A stretch of DNA of 17,026 nt from Promethearchaeota archaeon (GTDB taxonomy: Archaea; Asgardarchaeota; Lokiarchaeia; Sigyniarchaeales; SOKP01), in NCBI GenBank assembly GCA_016839745.1, contig JAEOTS010000172.1:1-17026 (forward strand). The letters are read 5' to 3'. Under the pieces are notes generated by a model that saw only the letters and a program-made list of their open reading frames with translations, made no database searches and was not told where the DNA came from. The translations under genes and the position numbers were made by a program. How positions within the stretch are numbered: position 1 is the stretch's first letter; each line of letters starts with the position of its first letter. Below, piece by piece: positions 1 to 8,368 of this stretch.

Positions 1-1
1 A

Positions 2-967
2 TTTTCTGTTCTTTCGTATTTATGCTTATTTCTTAAAGGAGTTCCCGAAGATGGACTAGATTATTTAAAAAGAATTCAAAAAAAAGTGGATAAAGAATTT
101 TTCAAAGAAAATCCATTAATAAAGCTCGTTTCTGAAATTACGATTTCTCTAAGAGACAATCAAGTAAAATATGTGGAAAAAATTAAAGAAAATATAGGAC
201 TTTACAAATTCAGAGACGCTGAGATAAAGTTATTAAAAATGGTATTGCTATTAATAAATTTAAAAATGTTGATAGATTCATCATTTGAACTAGATAAAGA
301 AACTTATACCACTAATGAATCTATAAATCTAACTCTCAATTTTATTACATCAAGTTTACCACAGATTTTAAAAGATCCGTACTATCAATTTGAACTCCGC
401 GATTTTAACATAAATAAAATATCGGTTAACCTTACAGATAATTTGACTACGAGTAAAAAACCAGCTGTTCCTTTCGCTATTGATATTGGTAAAGAGACTC
501 GTTTAGAATTCGCAATTAAACCGCATTTTCAAGTTGATAATTCAATAATAGGTCCTTTGTTAATTACTTGTGAACTAAACAAAAATTTAACCTTTATATA
601 TGAAACTCAATCAATAATACCAAAGTTAACTTCACCTCCTGCTACATTATTAACATCAATTAAAAATCTAAGACCTCCCCTTATTGACCAAACTTTTCCT
701 TTAGAAATTTTGATTGAAAATAAGAGTGAAGGAGAAGCGTTAGATGTAAATATTAATGTCGAATTCCCTGAGAAGTTAAAAATTATGAGAGGTACCACGA
801 AGAAACAAATTTATTCATTAAGAACTAACGAGGACTTAAAATGGGAGGTTAACCTTAAACCACTTGAAGCAGGAGATTACATTATTAAAATAAACATAAA
901 ATTTATGGATCCAGACCAAAATAAAATAGAAGAAGTAAAAGAATTTCCATTTTCTGTCAAACTATAG
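2..967 (+). CDS. 5'-truncated hypothetical protein: helical region followed by C-terminal Ig-like beta-sandwich domain(s) (CARDB/BatD/TRAP-beta-like)
   Basis: Frame is open from position 2 (FSVLSYLCLFLKGVPEDGLDYLKRIQKK-VDKEFF...), so the track start at 86 is internal. The C-terminus (DQTFPLEILIENKSEGEALDVNINVEFPEKLKI...LKWEVNLKPLEAGDYIIKINIKFMD) has the alternating beta-strand pattern of Ig-like domains. TAG at 965-967. Confidence 0.6.
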   Translation, partial: FSVLSYLCLFLKGVPEDGLDYLKRIQKKVDKEFFKENPLIKLVSEITISLRDNQVKYVEKIKENIGLYKFRDAEIKLLKMVLLLINLKMLIDSSFELDKETYTTNESINLTLNFITSSLPQILKDPYYQFELRDFNINKISVNLTDNLTTSKKPAVPFAIDIGKETRLEFAIKPHFQVDNSIIGPLLITCELNKNLTFIYETQSIIPKLTSPPATLLTSIKNLRPPLIDQTFPLEILIENKSEGEALDVNINVEFPEKLKIMRGTTKKQIYSLRTNEDLKWEVNLKPLEAGDYIIKINIKFMDPDQNKIEEVKEFPFSVKL

Positions 968-980
968 AAAAATATAAGGT

Positions 981-2132
981 TTAAATTAGTATGGGAGATT
1001 TTGAGTTATAAGTAACTTTCTCACATTTATCTTTACCAACAATAATATCATCTTCTAATCTTATTCCCCATTTTTCTACCCAATATAGACCTGGCTCACT
1101 AGTATATACCATATTTTCTTTAAGCTTAAAATTATCAGGTACCTTCCAGCTCATCCTACTACCTATATCGTGAGCCTCAAAACCTAACGAGTGCCCGTAT
1201 CCATGGAAAAACAACTTCTCATGATCGTATCCTTTTTCTGCTAAATACTCGCGACACTTTTTGGCTGGTACATTATTTGGAGTACCATCAGTAAAGAATT
1301 CATGTGCAATTTCTTTCGATTCGAAGAGTGCATTATATGCGTCAACAAATTCATTCACAGGTTTTTTTCCAACCCAGAAAGTCCAGGTTATATCAGAACA
1401 CATCTCGTCTATTTGTAATCCGGTATCTACTAATAACACACCTGGCTCGATTTTCTTCATAGAAGTATTATGATGTGGATCTGCTGAATGAGCTCCAGTA
1501 CCCACTATTGCCGCAAACGAAGGCTTCCCTAATTTCATATATTCGCATTCTAATTTCGCTTTTACTTCGTTTTCGGTCATACCAACTTTAACCCAGTCTG
1601 GAAATGTCTCCAATAACTCTAAAGTTGCTTTGCATACATTTCGTAAGTCTTTTAATTCTTCTGAAGATTTAACGCTCCTTAATCTATCAATTATGGGTGC
1701 TGCTGATATAAACTCTGTTTGAGGCGCCAATTTTTTCATTGAGAAAAAATCTCCCGCACGAATCTGGTCAGCATATGCGGTTCCATTCGGATTTAAAATA
1801 TCCTCTCCGATATTTAAAGCTATACGCGGCATTTTTATCAGCGAACTTAGTAAGGTCCTTAATTCGCTCATTGAGCTATAGGAAACCACTTCAGCTTTGA
1901 TTCCTTTGTTCTTTAAAGAGCGTGCGATCATAGGAGCTTCCATTTCAACCGCGATTACTTTATGATTTCCATCAGCGGCAATATAAATGTAGTGTCGAGC
2001 GTGAGATGCGACGCCTAACATAAACCTAGAATTGATATCACTATCTTCAACGCATATTATTAACCAACCATCTCCATTTATTTCATGGAGGACATTTTGT
2101 GCCTTTTCGAACTTATTCATATTTCTAATCAT
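981..2132 (-). CDS. M24 family metallopeptidase (Xaa-Pro dipeptidase/aminopeptidase P-like)
   Basis: Pita-bread metal-ligand motifs LLVDTG, SDITWT, HGYGHSLGFEAHD, TSEPGLY, GIRLEDD; N-terminal creatinase-like domain and the LRSVKSSEEL linker. Confidence 0.92.
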   Translation of the reverse strand: MIRNMNKFEKAQNVLHEINGDGWLIICVEDSDINSRFMLGVASHARHYIYIAADGNHKVIAVEMEAPMIARSLKNKGIKAEVVSYSSMSELRTLLSSLIKMPRIALNIGEDILNPNGTAYADQIRAGDFFSMKKLAPQTEFISAAPIIDRLRSVKSSEELKDLRNVCKATLELLETFPDWVKVGMTENEVKAKLECEYMKLGKPSFAAIVGTGAHSADPHHNTSMKKIEPGVLLVDTGLQIDEMCSDITWTFWVGKKPVNEFVDAYNALFESKEIAHEFFTDGTPNNVPAKKCREYLAEKGYDHEKLFFHGYGHSLGFEAHDIGSRMSWKVPDNFKLKENMVYTSEPGLYWVEKWGIRLEDDIIVGKDKCEKVTYNSKSPILI

Positions 2133-2295
2133 TTAATGGTTTTTAATTAATTTTATTAAAATGAATAAATAAAATAATCGGAAAAATAAGAAATGATAGT
2201 AAATGACATCAAAAAGAGGAATTTAAAGAAATTTTAAGTAAATTTATTTATTCAAATGATCTAATTAATATTTAATTACATATCTTTTTAAAATT

Positions 2296-3834
2296 ATGAA
2301 GCTAAAAGTAAAAACAATAAATTTTGAGACGGGAAATACTAAAGATGTTGTTTTAAATATTAAGGATGCTCAGAAATTAGGGCAAAAGGCTGGGGACCGT
2401 ATATATATTAAAAACTTAGAATCTAAAAATGTTGAAGATAAATATTGGATTGCAATTTTACAAGTGGATTATTCTAATTCTCTTGTAGAGCCTGGAGAAA
2501 TTGGAATATTTTTAGACATCATTAAAGAAAAAATTGCACTTCAAAATGACATAATTTTATCTGTAAAACCGGCCGATCCTCCAGATTCTTTTAAATTTAT
2601 CCAGAAAAAAATAAAAGGAAATAAACTAACAACTGAAGAAATTAATAGTATTATCTCAGATGCAGTCTCAGGATCTTTATCAAGAATAGATTTAGCAGCA
2701 TTTATAACAGCTGTTTATATAAATGGTATGGATCATGAAGAGATGACATCATTAACATATGCAGAAGCCAGAAGTGGAGACATTTTCAATTTTGGTCCCG
2801 AAGTATATGATAAGCATTCGACAGGAGGAGTGCCAGGGAATAAAGTAACACTTATAATAGTTCCAATTGTTGCCGCTGCAGGTTTAACTATTCCTAAATC
2901 GTCGACCAGAGCTATAACTTCCCCCTCTGGAACTGCTGATTCTATGGAAGTTTTAGCACCGGTTAGTTTTGGAGCCGATAAATTGAAAAGTATCGTGTCA
3001 AAAGAAAACGCTTGTATTATTTGGGGTGGAGCTCTTAATACATCACCTGCGGATAACATATTAATCGAAATTGAACGCCCTTTACGAATGGATCCTATAG
3101 GTCTTATGATACCCTCGATAATCACCAAAAAATTATCTCTAGGAGTTAAAAAACTCGTGTTAGATATACCAGTTGGAGAGGGAACAAAATTTATTACACC
3201 GGATGATGGTAAACAATTCGCTTATATATTTAAAGAAATTGCAAAAAATGTTGGGATTCAAGCGGAGTGCGCTTTAACCCTTGCTCACCAACCTATTGGT
3301 CACGCGATTGGGCCGGGATTAGAAGCCAAAGAAGCATTAACCTTACTTATGGACTATTCTGTTGGTCCAAATTCCTTAATTGAAAAAGCCACAGATTTAG
3401 CAGGTATTTTACTTGAAATGGGAGGAAAAGCTCAAAAAGGAATGGGACAAAATTTAGCAAAGGAAATATTACGATCAGGAAAAGCATTTGAAAAAATGAA
3501 GAAAATTATTGGAGTTCAGGGTGGAAATCCTGAAATTAAACCGGAAGACGTTAAATTAGGGCCTCATATTAAAGAATTTTTTGCCACAAAATCAGGACAC
3601 ATTACTGGCGTAAACAACGCTATCATTAATCAAATAGCTAAAGCTACTGGTTGTCCTCATTCAAAACATTCTGGTGTTGAAATTTTCAAAAAACAAGGGG
3701 CACGAATAAAAGAAGGAGACTTAATCTTCAAAATGTATTCTGAGAGCCAAAACAAATTAAAAAAAGCAGAGAAAATTTACAATTCAACTGGTGGACCTAT
3801 AATTCTTGGCGGAATGATGATAGAAAGAATTTAA
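2296..3834 (+). CDS. deoA: AMP phosphorylase (archaeal thymidine-phosphorylase family, yields ribose-1,5-bisphosphate)
   Basis: 512 aa with the N-terminal extension typical of AMP phosphorylases; motifs DKHSTGGVPGNK, PKSSTRAITSPSGTADSMEVLAPV, QPIGHAIGPGLEAKEAL; C-terminal MMIERI. Confidence 0.92.
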   Translation: MKLKVKTINFETGNTKDVVLNIKDAQKLGQKAGDRIYIKNLESKNVEDKYWIAILQVDYSNSLVEPGEIGIFLDIIKEKIALQNDIILSVKPADPPDSFKFIQKKIKGNKLTTEEINSIISDAVSGSLSRIDLAAFITAVYINGMDHEEMTSLTYAEARSGDIFNFGPEVYDKHSTGGVPGNKVTLIIVPIVAAAGLTIPKSSTRAITSPSGTADSMEVLAPVSFGADKLKSIVSKENACIIWGGALNTSPADNILIEIERPLRMDPIGLMIPSIITKKLSLGVKKLVLDIPVGEGTKFITPDDGKQFAYIFKEIAKNVGIQAECALTLAHQPIGHAIGPGLEAKEALTLLMDYSVGPNSLIEKATDLAGILLEMGGKAQKGMGQNLAKEILRSGKAFEKMKKIIGVQGGNPEIKPEDVKLGPHIKEFFATKSGHITGVNNAIINQIAKATGCPHSKHSGVEIFKKQGARIKEGDLIFKMYSESQNKLKKAEKIYNSTGGPIILGGMMIERI

Positions 3835-3893
3835 TCTACTAATAATACACTATAACTACAAGATAAATCTTTATTTTATTCACATAAACTTCA

Positions 3894-3905
3894 GTTATAT
3901 ATAAC
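3894..3905. promoter_or_regulatory. Perfect palindrome GTTATATATAAC containing a TATA-like element upstream of acxA
   Basis: 12-bp perfect inverted repeat ending 53 nt upstream of the ATG at 3959; contains TTATATA. Confidence 0.4.
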
Positions 3906-3958
3906 ATTAGCTCTAATTATGAAATATATTTTTAAAAAAACGTTTGAGATGAAACAAT

Positions 3959-6145
3959 ATGGCAAAATCAATTAATGTTGATAAAACACATCTATTAAAA
4001 GCGATTGCATTAGATACTGGAGGTACTATGACTGATTCCTTTATTATCGATGAAAATGGTAGTTTTGCTGTAGGAAAAGCGCTAACAACTGGAAAGGAAG
4101 AATCAATTGGAATTTTAAACTCAATAGCAGATTCATTAAACGAATGGGGTAAAAATTTACAAGAAACTGGTTCTGGTGTAGAAGCTTTAGTTTATTCAGG
4201 CACAGCTATGCTAAATAGGCTTTTAGAACGAGAGGGAAATGATAACATTGGAGTTATCGTTAATGCTGGTTTTGAAGATCTCCATCGATTGGGTAGAGCT
4301 TTGCAATGCTGGATGTGGCTTGATTATGCAGGTAGGCTTCATGCTAGAGAACACGAGCACCCTCAACCCCTCATTCATAGAAATCAGTTTAAAGGCGTTC
4401 GAGGGAGAATTAATTTTTGGGGAGAGGAACTAATTCCTCTTTATGAGAAGGATGTAGAAAAAGTTGTAGAAGAGTTACTCGAGATGAATGTAGATTGCAT
4501 TTGTGTATGCTTACTCTGTTCTTTCATGAATTCAAGTCACGAAATGGAGGTTGAAAGAATCGCTAAGCAAGTTATGAAAGAAAAGGGAAGAGAAATTCCA
4601 ATAATACTTTCTTCTGAACACAATCCGGTAAGAGGTGAAACGCCACGATTGAACGCACTTCTAATTGAACAATATGCAGCAGAACCTTCAAGAAAACAAT
4701 TAATTGCGATCGCTAAAAAGCTTAAAGATGAAGGCGTGCCAGCTCCTCTTAGAATCTTAACATCCTATGGTGGAACGATGTCTCCTTACTCTAAGTCACT
4801 TATTCCCACCATGGTTTCAGGACCAATAGGGGGTATGATTGGTAGTAAATTCATTGCTGAAAAATATGGTATTCAAAACTTAGTTTCTTCGGACGTTGGA
4901 GGCACCAGTTTTGATGTAGGCTTAACTATGGAAAAATATGTGCCGACTAAATGGGAAAGTTCACTCGGAGGTTTTATCCTGAACATTCCAATGATAGCAT
5001 TAGATTCCATCGGAGCCGGAACTGGAATGTTTGTGCGATATAATGATATATCAAGCCGTTTAGAGTTTGGTCCTGAGAGTGCTGGCTATAAAATTGGAGT
5101 GTGTAATGAACAATCAGAAATTGAAACCGTAACAATGACCGATTGTAGTTTAATATTAGGTTACCTCAATCCAGATTATTTTCTTGGCGGAAAAGTTCCA
5201 CTAAATAAAAATAGGGCATTTACCTATATTGAGGAACAGATTGCTAAGCCATTTAAGGCTGATCCGTATGAAGCTGCCAGAGGAGCATTAGATTTAATAG
5301 AAATTAACATGAAAAATCACCTAAATGGAATGATTCAAGGACTTGGTTTTCGACCTGAAAACTACACTTTAATATCATTTGGAGGTGGAGGACCTCTTCA
5401 TGTAGCGGGATATTCAAGAGGATTATCCTTTCAAGACATTATGATACCAGAGTGGGCAGCAGCATTCTCTGCATACGGATGTGCTTGTGCTGATCATTCG
5501 TATAGGCACGAAATATCCGTTGATTTGCTTATCGATCCTGAAAGAAACATGAGCTCGTTTGTTGCATCTATGATCACTTCTACATGGAGAGATTTAAAAA
5601 TTAAAATTATGAACGAATTTGAAAAAGAAGGAAGGGACCCTAATGAAATGGAGTTCAGACCGTCACTTAAATTACAATATTTTGGCATGTTAGATGATTT
5701 AGAAGTGCAATCTCCCTATGAAGAATTAATAATTGAACATTCGGAAGAATTAGAACGCTTTGATTCAACTGAATTGAACGATCTTATTCTTAAGTATGAT
5801 GATCTTTTCGAAAAAATATTCCGAAGAGGTACCAAAAGTCCGGAACTTGGATATCATATAACTAAAGTAATAGGCACAGGAGTAGTGAGCGTACCAAAAC
5901 CTGAATTACCCGAACTCGAGTTGAGCAGTGAAAAACCAAATCAAGTAGCTTCTAAAGGGATACGGGAAATCTTTTGGAAAAAAAAATGGCATGATGCTTC
6001 AATTTGGGAGATGAGATTGCTCAAGGCGGGGAATGTCGTAAATGGTCCTGCGGTGATAGAAGCTCCAGCAACTACATTAGTAGTTCCACCTAGCTACCGA
6101 GTAAATCTAGATAAACACAGAATTTTTCATATGGAGGTTGTATAA
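3959..6145 (+). CDS. acxA: Acetone carboxylase beta subunit-like (hydantoinase A/oxoprolinase family, ATP-binding)
   Basis: Motifs ALDTGGTMTDSF, YSGTAMLNRLLER, SGPIGG, DVGGTSFDVG, SIGAGTG, GPESAG, FGGGGPLH, WAAAFSAYG, GPAVIEAPATTLVVP; first gene of a beta-alpha-gamma cluster. Confidence 0.88.
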   Translation: MAKSINVDKTHLLKAIALDTGGTMTDSFIIDENGSFAVGKALTTGKEESIGILNSIADSLNEWGKNLQETGSGVEALVYSGTAMLNRLLEREGNDNIGVIVNAGFEDLHRLGRALQCWMWLDYAGRLHAREHEHPQPLIHRNQFKGVRGRINFWGEELIPLYEKDVEKVVEELLEMNVDCICVCLLCSFMNSSHEMEVERIAKQVMKEKGREIPIILSSEHNPVRGETPRLNALLIEQYAAEPSRKQLIAIAKKLKDEGVPAPLRILTSYGGTMSPYSKSLIPTMVSGPIGGMIGSKFIAEKYGIQNLVSSDVGGTSFDVGLTMEKYVPTKWESSLGGFILNIPMIALDSIGAGTGMFVRYNDISSRLEFGPESAGYKIGVCNEQSEIETVTMTDCSLILGYLNPDYFLGGKVPLNKNRAFTYIEEQIAKPFKADPYEAARGALDLIEINMKNHLNGMIQGLGFRPENYTLISFGGGGPLHVAGYSRGLSFQDIMIPEWAAAFSAYGCACADHSYRHEISVDLLIDPERNMSSFVASMITSTWRDLKIKIMNEFEKEGRDPNEMEFRPSLKLQYFGMLDDLEVQSPYEELIIEHSEELERFDSTELNDLILKYDDLFEKIFRRGTKSPELGYHITKVIGTGVVSVPKPELPELELSSEKPNQVASKGIREIFWKKKWHDASIWEMRLLKAGNVVNGPAVIEAPATTLVVPPSYRVNLDKHRIFHMEVV
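6133..6138 (+). promoter_or_regulatory. Shine-Dalgarno site for acxB within the last codons of acxA
   Basis: GGAGGT ending 10 nt before ATG 6149. Confidence 0.7.
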
Positions 6146-6148
6146 ATA

Positions 6149-8365
6149 ATGTTTAAAAAACCAATTGGATGGAATGCAAAAACCATCAAAGAAATGTTGG
6201 AAGAAAGCGAGAAGCTTATAGAAGAAAAAAAGAGTTATTATGGCATAGAAAGATTGAGCTTAAAAGAAGAGGATCCTTTCAGATACGAGAGAGCGTATGC
6301 GAGTTTAAGAGGTGCTTTAGTATCAGCAAGAGAAACTGCATTGCACGTTGCGGCCTCACCAATTGTCACAGAAATTGGTGAACTTTGTTTCGCGCTCTAT
6401 ACTCCTGAGGGGGATTCAATAGTAGTATCAACAGGAATTTTAGTACATGTCCATACAATGAGCGAAGGAATAAAGTTCATGATTCGAGAAGGGTACGAGG
6501 AGGATCCTACCATAAATCAAGGAGATATTTTTCTTAACAATGACCCTCAGTGTGGTAATGTTCATACAACCGATGTACAAACTCTCATTCCGATTTTTTG
6601 GGAGGACGAATTAATTGGTTGGGCGGGGGGAGTTACTCATCAAATTGATATTGGAGGTATCACACCTGGTCATACTTTAGTTTCTTCAATTCAGAGATTT
6701 GATGATGGAGTTTATTATACTTGCAGAAAAATCGGTTCTAACGATAAAATCTGGCGCGATCATATGATTAGCGCAAAAAAATCGGTTCGGAGTCCGATGT
6801 ATTGGGAATTAGATGAGAAATGCCGGCTTGCAGGCAATCTAATGATAAGAGATGCTGTTTACGAATTTATAAAAAGAGAAGGAATTGAGTATTACAAAAC
6901 CTTTATGCGAGAAGCGATTGAAGAAGGAAGAAGAATCGTTATAGAAAGAGTGAAAGAGCGTTTAATTCCTGGTCGGTACAGAGCAGCTTCGTTTATGGAC
7001 CTTCCAATGAAAGATCAAGCATGGGTACCTAGAGCGAGAATAGATCGAATATCTAATCACCCTATGGAGATTGTAGTTAAGGGTGATGGAGGATTTTCAC
7101 TTTCCTTTGATGGTGCTAGCGCAGGAGGAGCAAATGCGTTTAATTGTGATAAAGGAGCGATGGAAGGAGGTCAATGGGTTTTATTAACACAAATCTTGAT
7201 TTATGGAGATAAAGTTAATGATGGAGCCTATTTTGCTGTAGAAAAAGATTATCCTTTAGGATCTTGGGCAAACCCTGGAGATCCATATCTTTCATATCAA
7301 GCGCCATGGGGTAATTTGATCCCTGCATATACAACAATGATGAAGTGCATGTCTTATGGACTGTTTTCTCGAGGATTCAGAGAAGAAGTTGTACCAGGAT
7401 ACGGCTTTACCGGAGATTCTATCCAAGGAGGAGGAATCTACTCTGCTGGACCTCTAAAAGGCGAACGATGGATGTTGTCGACATTTGAAATATCAGGACA
7501 AGGATTAGGCGCGAGTGCGGTAAGAGACGGTCTCAATTGGGGCTATGCAATGTGGAATCCTGAAGCCGATTTAGGGGATGTTGAAACTTGGGAACTCTTT
7601 CAAGGTGGTATTCCTTACTTATCTAGAAAAGTAAAACCAAACACACCTGGTCACGGTAAATATCGAGGTGGAGCAAATTATGCCGGTGTGGCCTATATAG
7701 CAAATTCTGAAAAGGTAGAATTCTTCGCAGGTAGAGAGGGGCTAGTATTTCATGGGTCTGGGGGTATGCATGGAGGATATCCTAATGCTACGAGTTATCG
7801 ATTAATCGCTACAAATACAAATTTAGAAGAGATTTTTCAAAATCGACAAGATTATCCAATCAGTGATACTGATCCTAACAATGGTGAATTTGAGAGATTT
7901 CTAAAAGCAGATATAATGAGAATACCAATAGGGACTATTTATCCAATTTCATTAGAGAATTTTGATATAATTCACTTCTCAGAGAGTGGTGGGCCTGGTT
8001 ATGGAGATCCTCTCGAGCGAAAATTAGAGAGTGTAAAACAAGACCTTGATGAGGGATTATATACGTCAGATATTGTGAAAAGTGTCTATGGTATTGTTGC
8101 TGATTATGATGATAATAATAAAGAATGGAAAATCAATATTGAAGCAAGTACAAAATGTCGAGAAGAGATTATGAAAGAAAGAAAAGAAAAATCTTTGACT
8201 TTTGAGGAATTTTGGGAACATGAAAGAAAAAAATTAACAGAAGAAAGACTATATGAATCGGTAAGTAGAATGTACTCAGAAAGTTTAAAGCTATCATCTA
8301 AATGGGGGAAAGAATTTCGTGAGTTCTGGAAGCTTCCTGAGGATTTCCAGATGGAGGTGAAATGA
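6149..8365 (+). CDS. acxB: Acetone carboxylase alpha subunit-like (hydantoinase B/oxoprolinase family, metal-binding)
   Basis: Motifs ARETA..AASPIV.E.GELCF, GNVHTTD, GGVTHQID, QRFDDG, WNPEADLGDVETWEL, GKYRGG, GGPGYGDPLER, EFREFWKLP. E78/H139/D142/H164 have the spacing of the Mn ligands of acetone carboxylase alpha subunits. Confidence 0.9.
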   Translation: MFKKPIGWNAKTIKEMLEESEKLIEEKKSYYGIERLSLKEEDPFRYERAYASLRGALVSARETALHVAASPIVTEIGELCFALYTPEGDSIVVSTGILVHVHTMSEGIKFMIREGYEEDPTINQGDIFLNNDPQCGNVHTTDVQTLIPIFWEDELIGWAGGVTHQIDIGGITPGHTLVSSIQRFDDGVYYTCRKIGSNDKIWRDHMISAKKSVRSPMYWELDEKCRLAGNLMIRDAVYEFIKREGIEYYKTFMREAIEEGRRIVIERVKERLIPGRYRAASFMDLPMKDQAWVPRARIDRISNHPMEIVVKGDGGFSLSFDGASAGGANAFNCDKGAMEGGQWVLLTQILIYGDKVNDGAYFAVEKDYPLGSWANPGDPYLSYQAPWGNLIPAYTTMMKCMSYGLFSRGFREEVVPGYGFTGDSIQGGGIYSAGPLKGERWMLSTFEISGQGLGASAVRDGLNWGYAMWNPEADLGDVETWELFQGGIPYLSRKVKPNTPGHGKYRGGANYAGVAYIANSEKVEFFAGREGLVFHGSGGMHGGYPNATSYRLIATNTNLEEIFQNRQDYPISDTDPNNGEFERFLKADIMRIPIGTIYPISLENFDIIHFSESGGPGYGDPLERKLESVKQDLDEGLYTSDIVKSVYGIVADYDDNNKEWKINIEASTKCREEIMKERKEKSLTFEEFWEHERKKLTEERLYESVSRMYSESLKLSSKWGKEFREFWKLPEDFQMEVK
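8353..8360 (+). promoter_or_regulatory. Shine-Dalgarno site for acxC within the last codons of acxB
   Basis: GGAGGTGA ending 8 nt before ATG 8369. Confidence 0.75.
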
Positions 8366-8368
8366 GCA

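Noticed and set aside
607-798. Minus-strand 63-aa ORF
   Set aside because: Antisense shadow of the Ig-like-domain gene; no motif.
1261-1473. Plus-strand 70-aa ORF
   Set aside because: Antisense shadow inside the M24 peptidase.
2733-3128. Minus-strand 131-aa ORF
   Set aside because: Antisense to the conserved core of AMP phosphorylase.
4239-6381. Short ORFs 4239-4433, 5494-5688 and 6169-6381
   Set aside because: Alternative-frame or antisense ORFs nested in well-supported acx genes; no independent signals.
3959-8365. Calling the pair hydantoinase A/B or 5-oxoprolinase
   Set aside because: The adjacent full-length gamma subunit and Acx-specific motifs favour the acetone carboxylase group.
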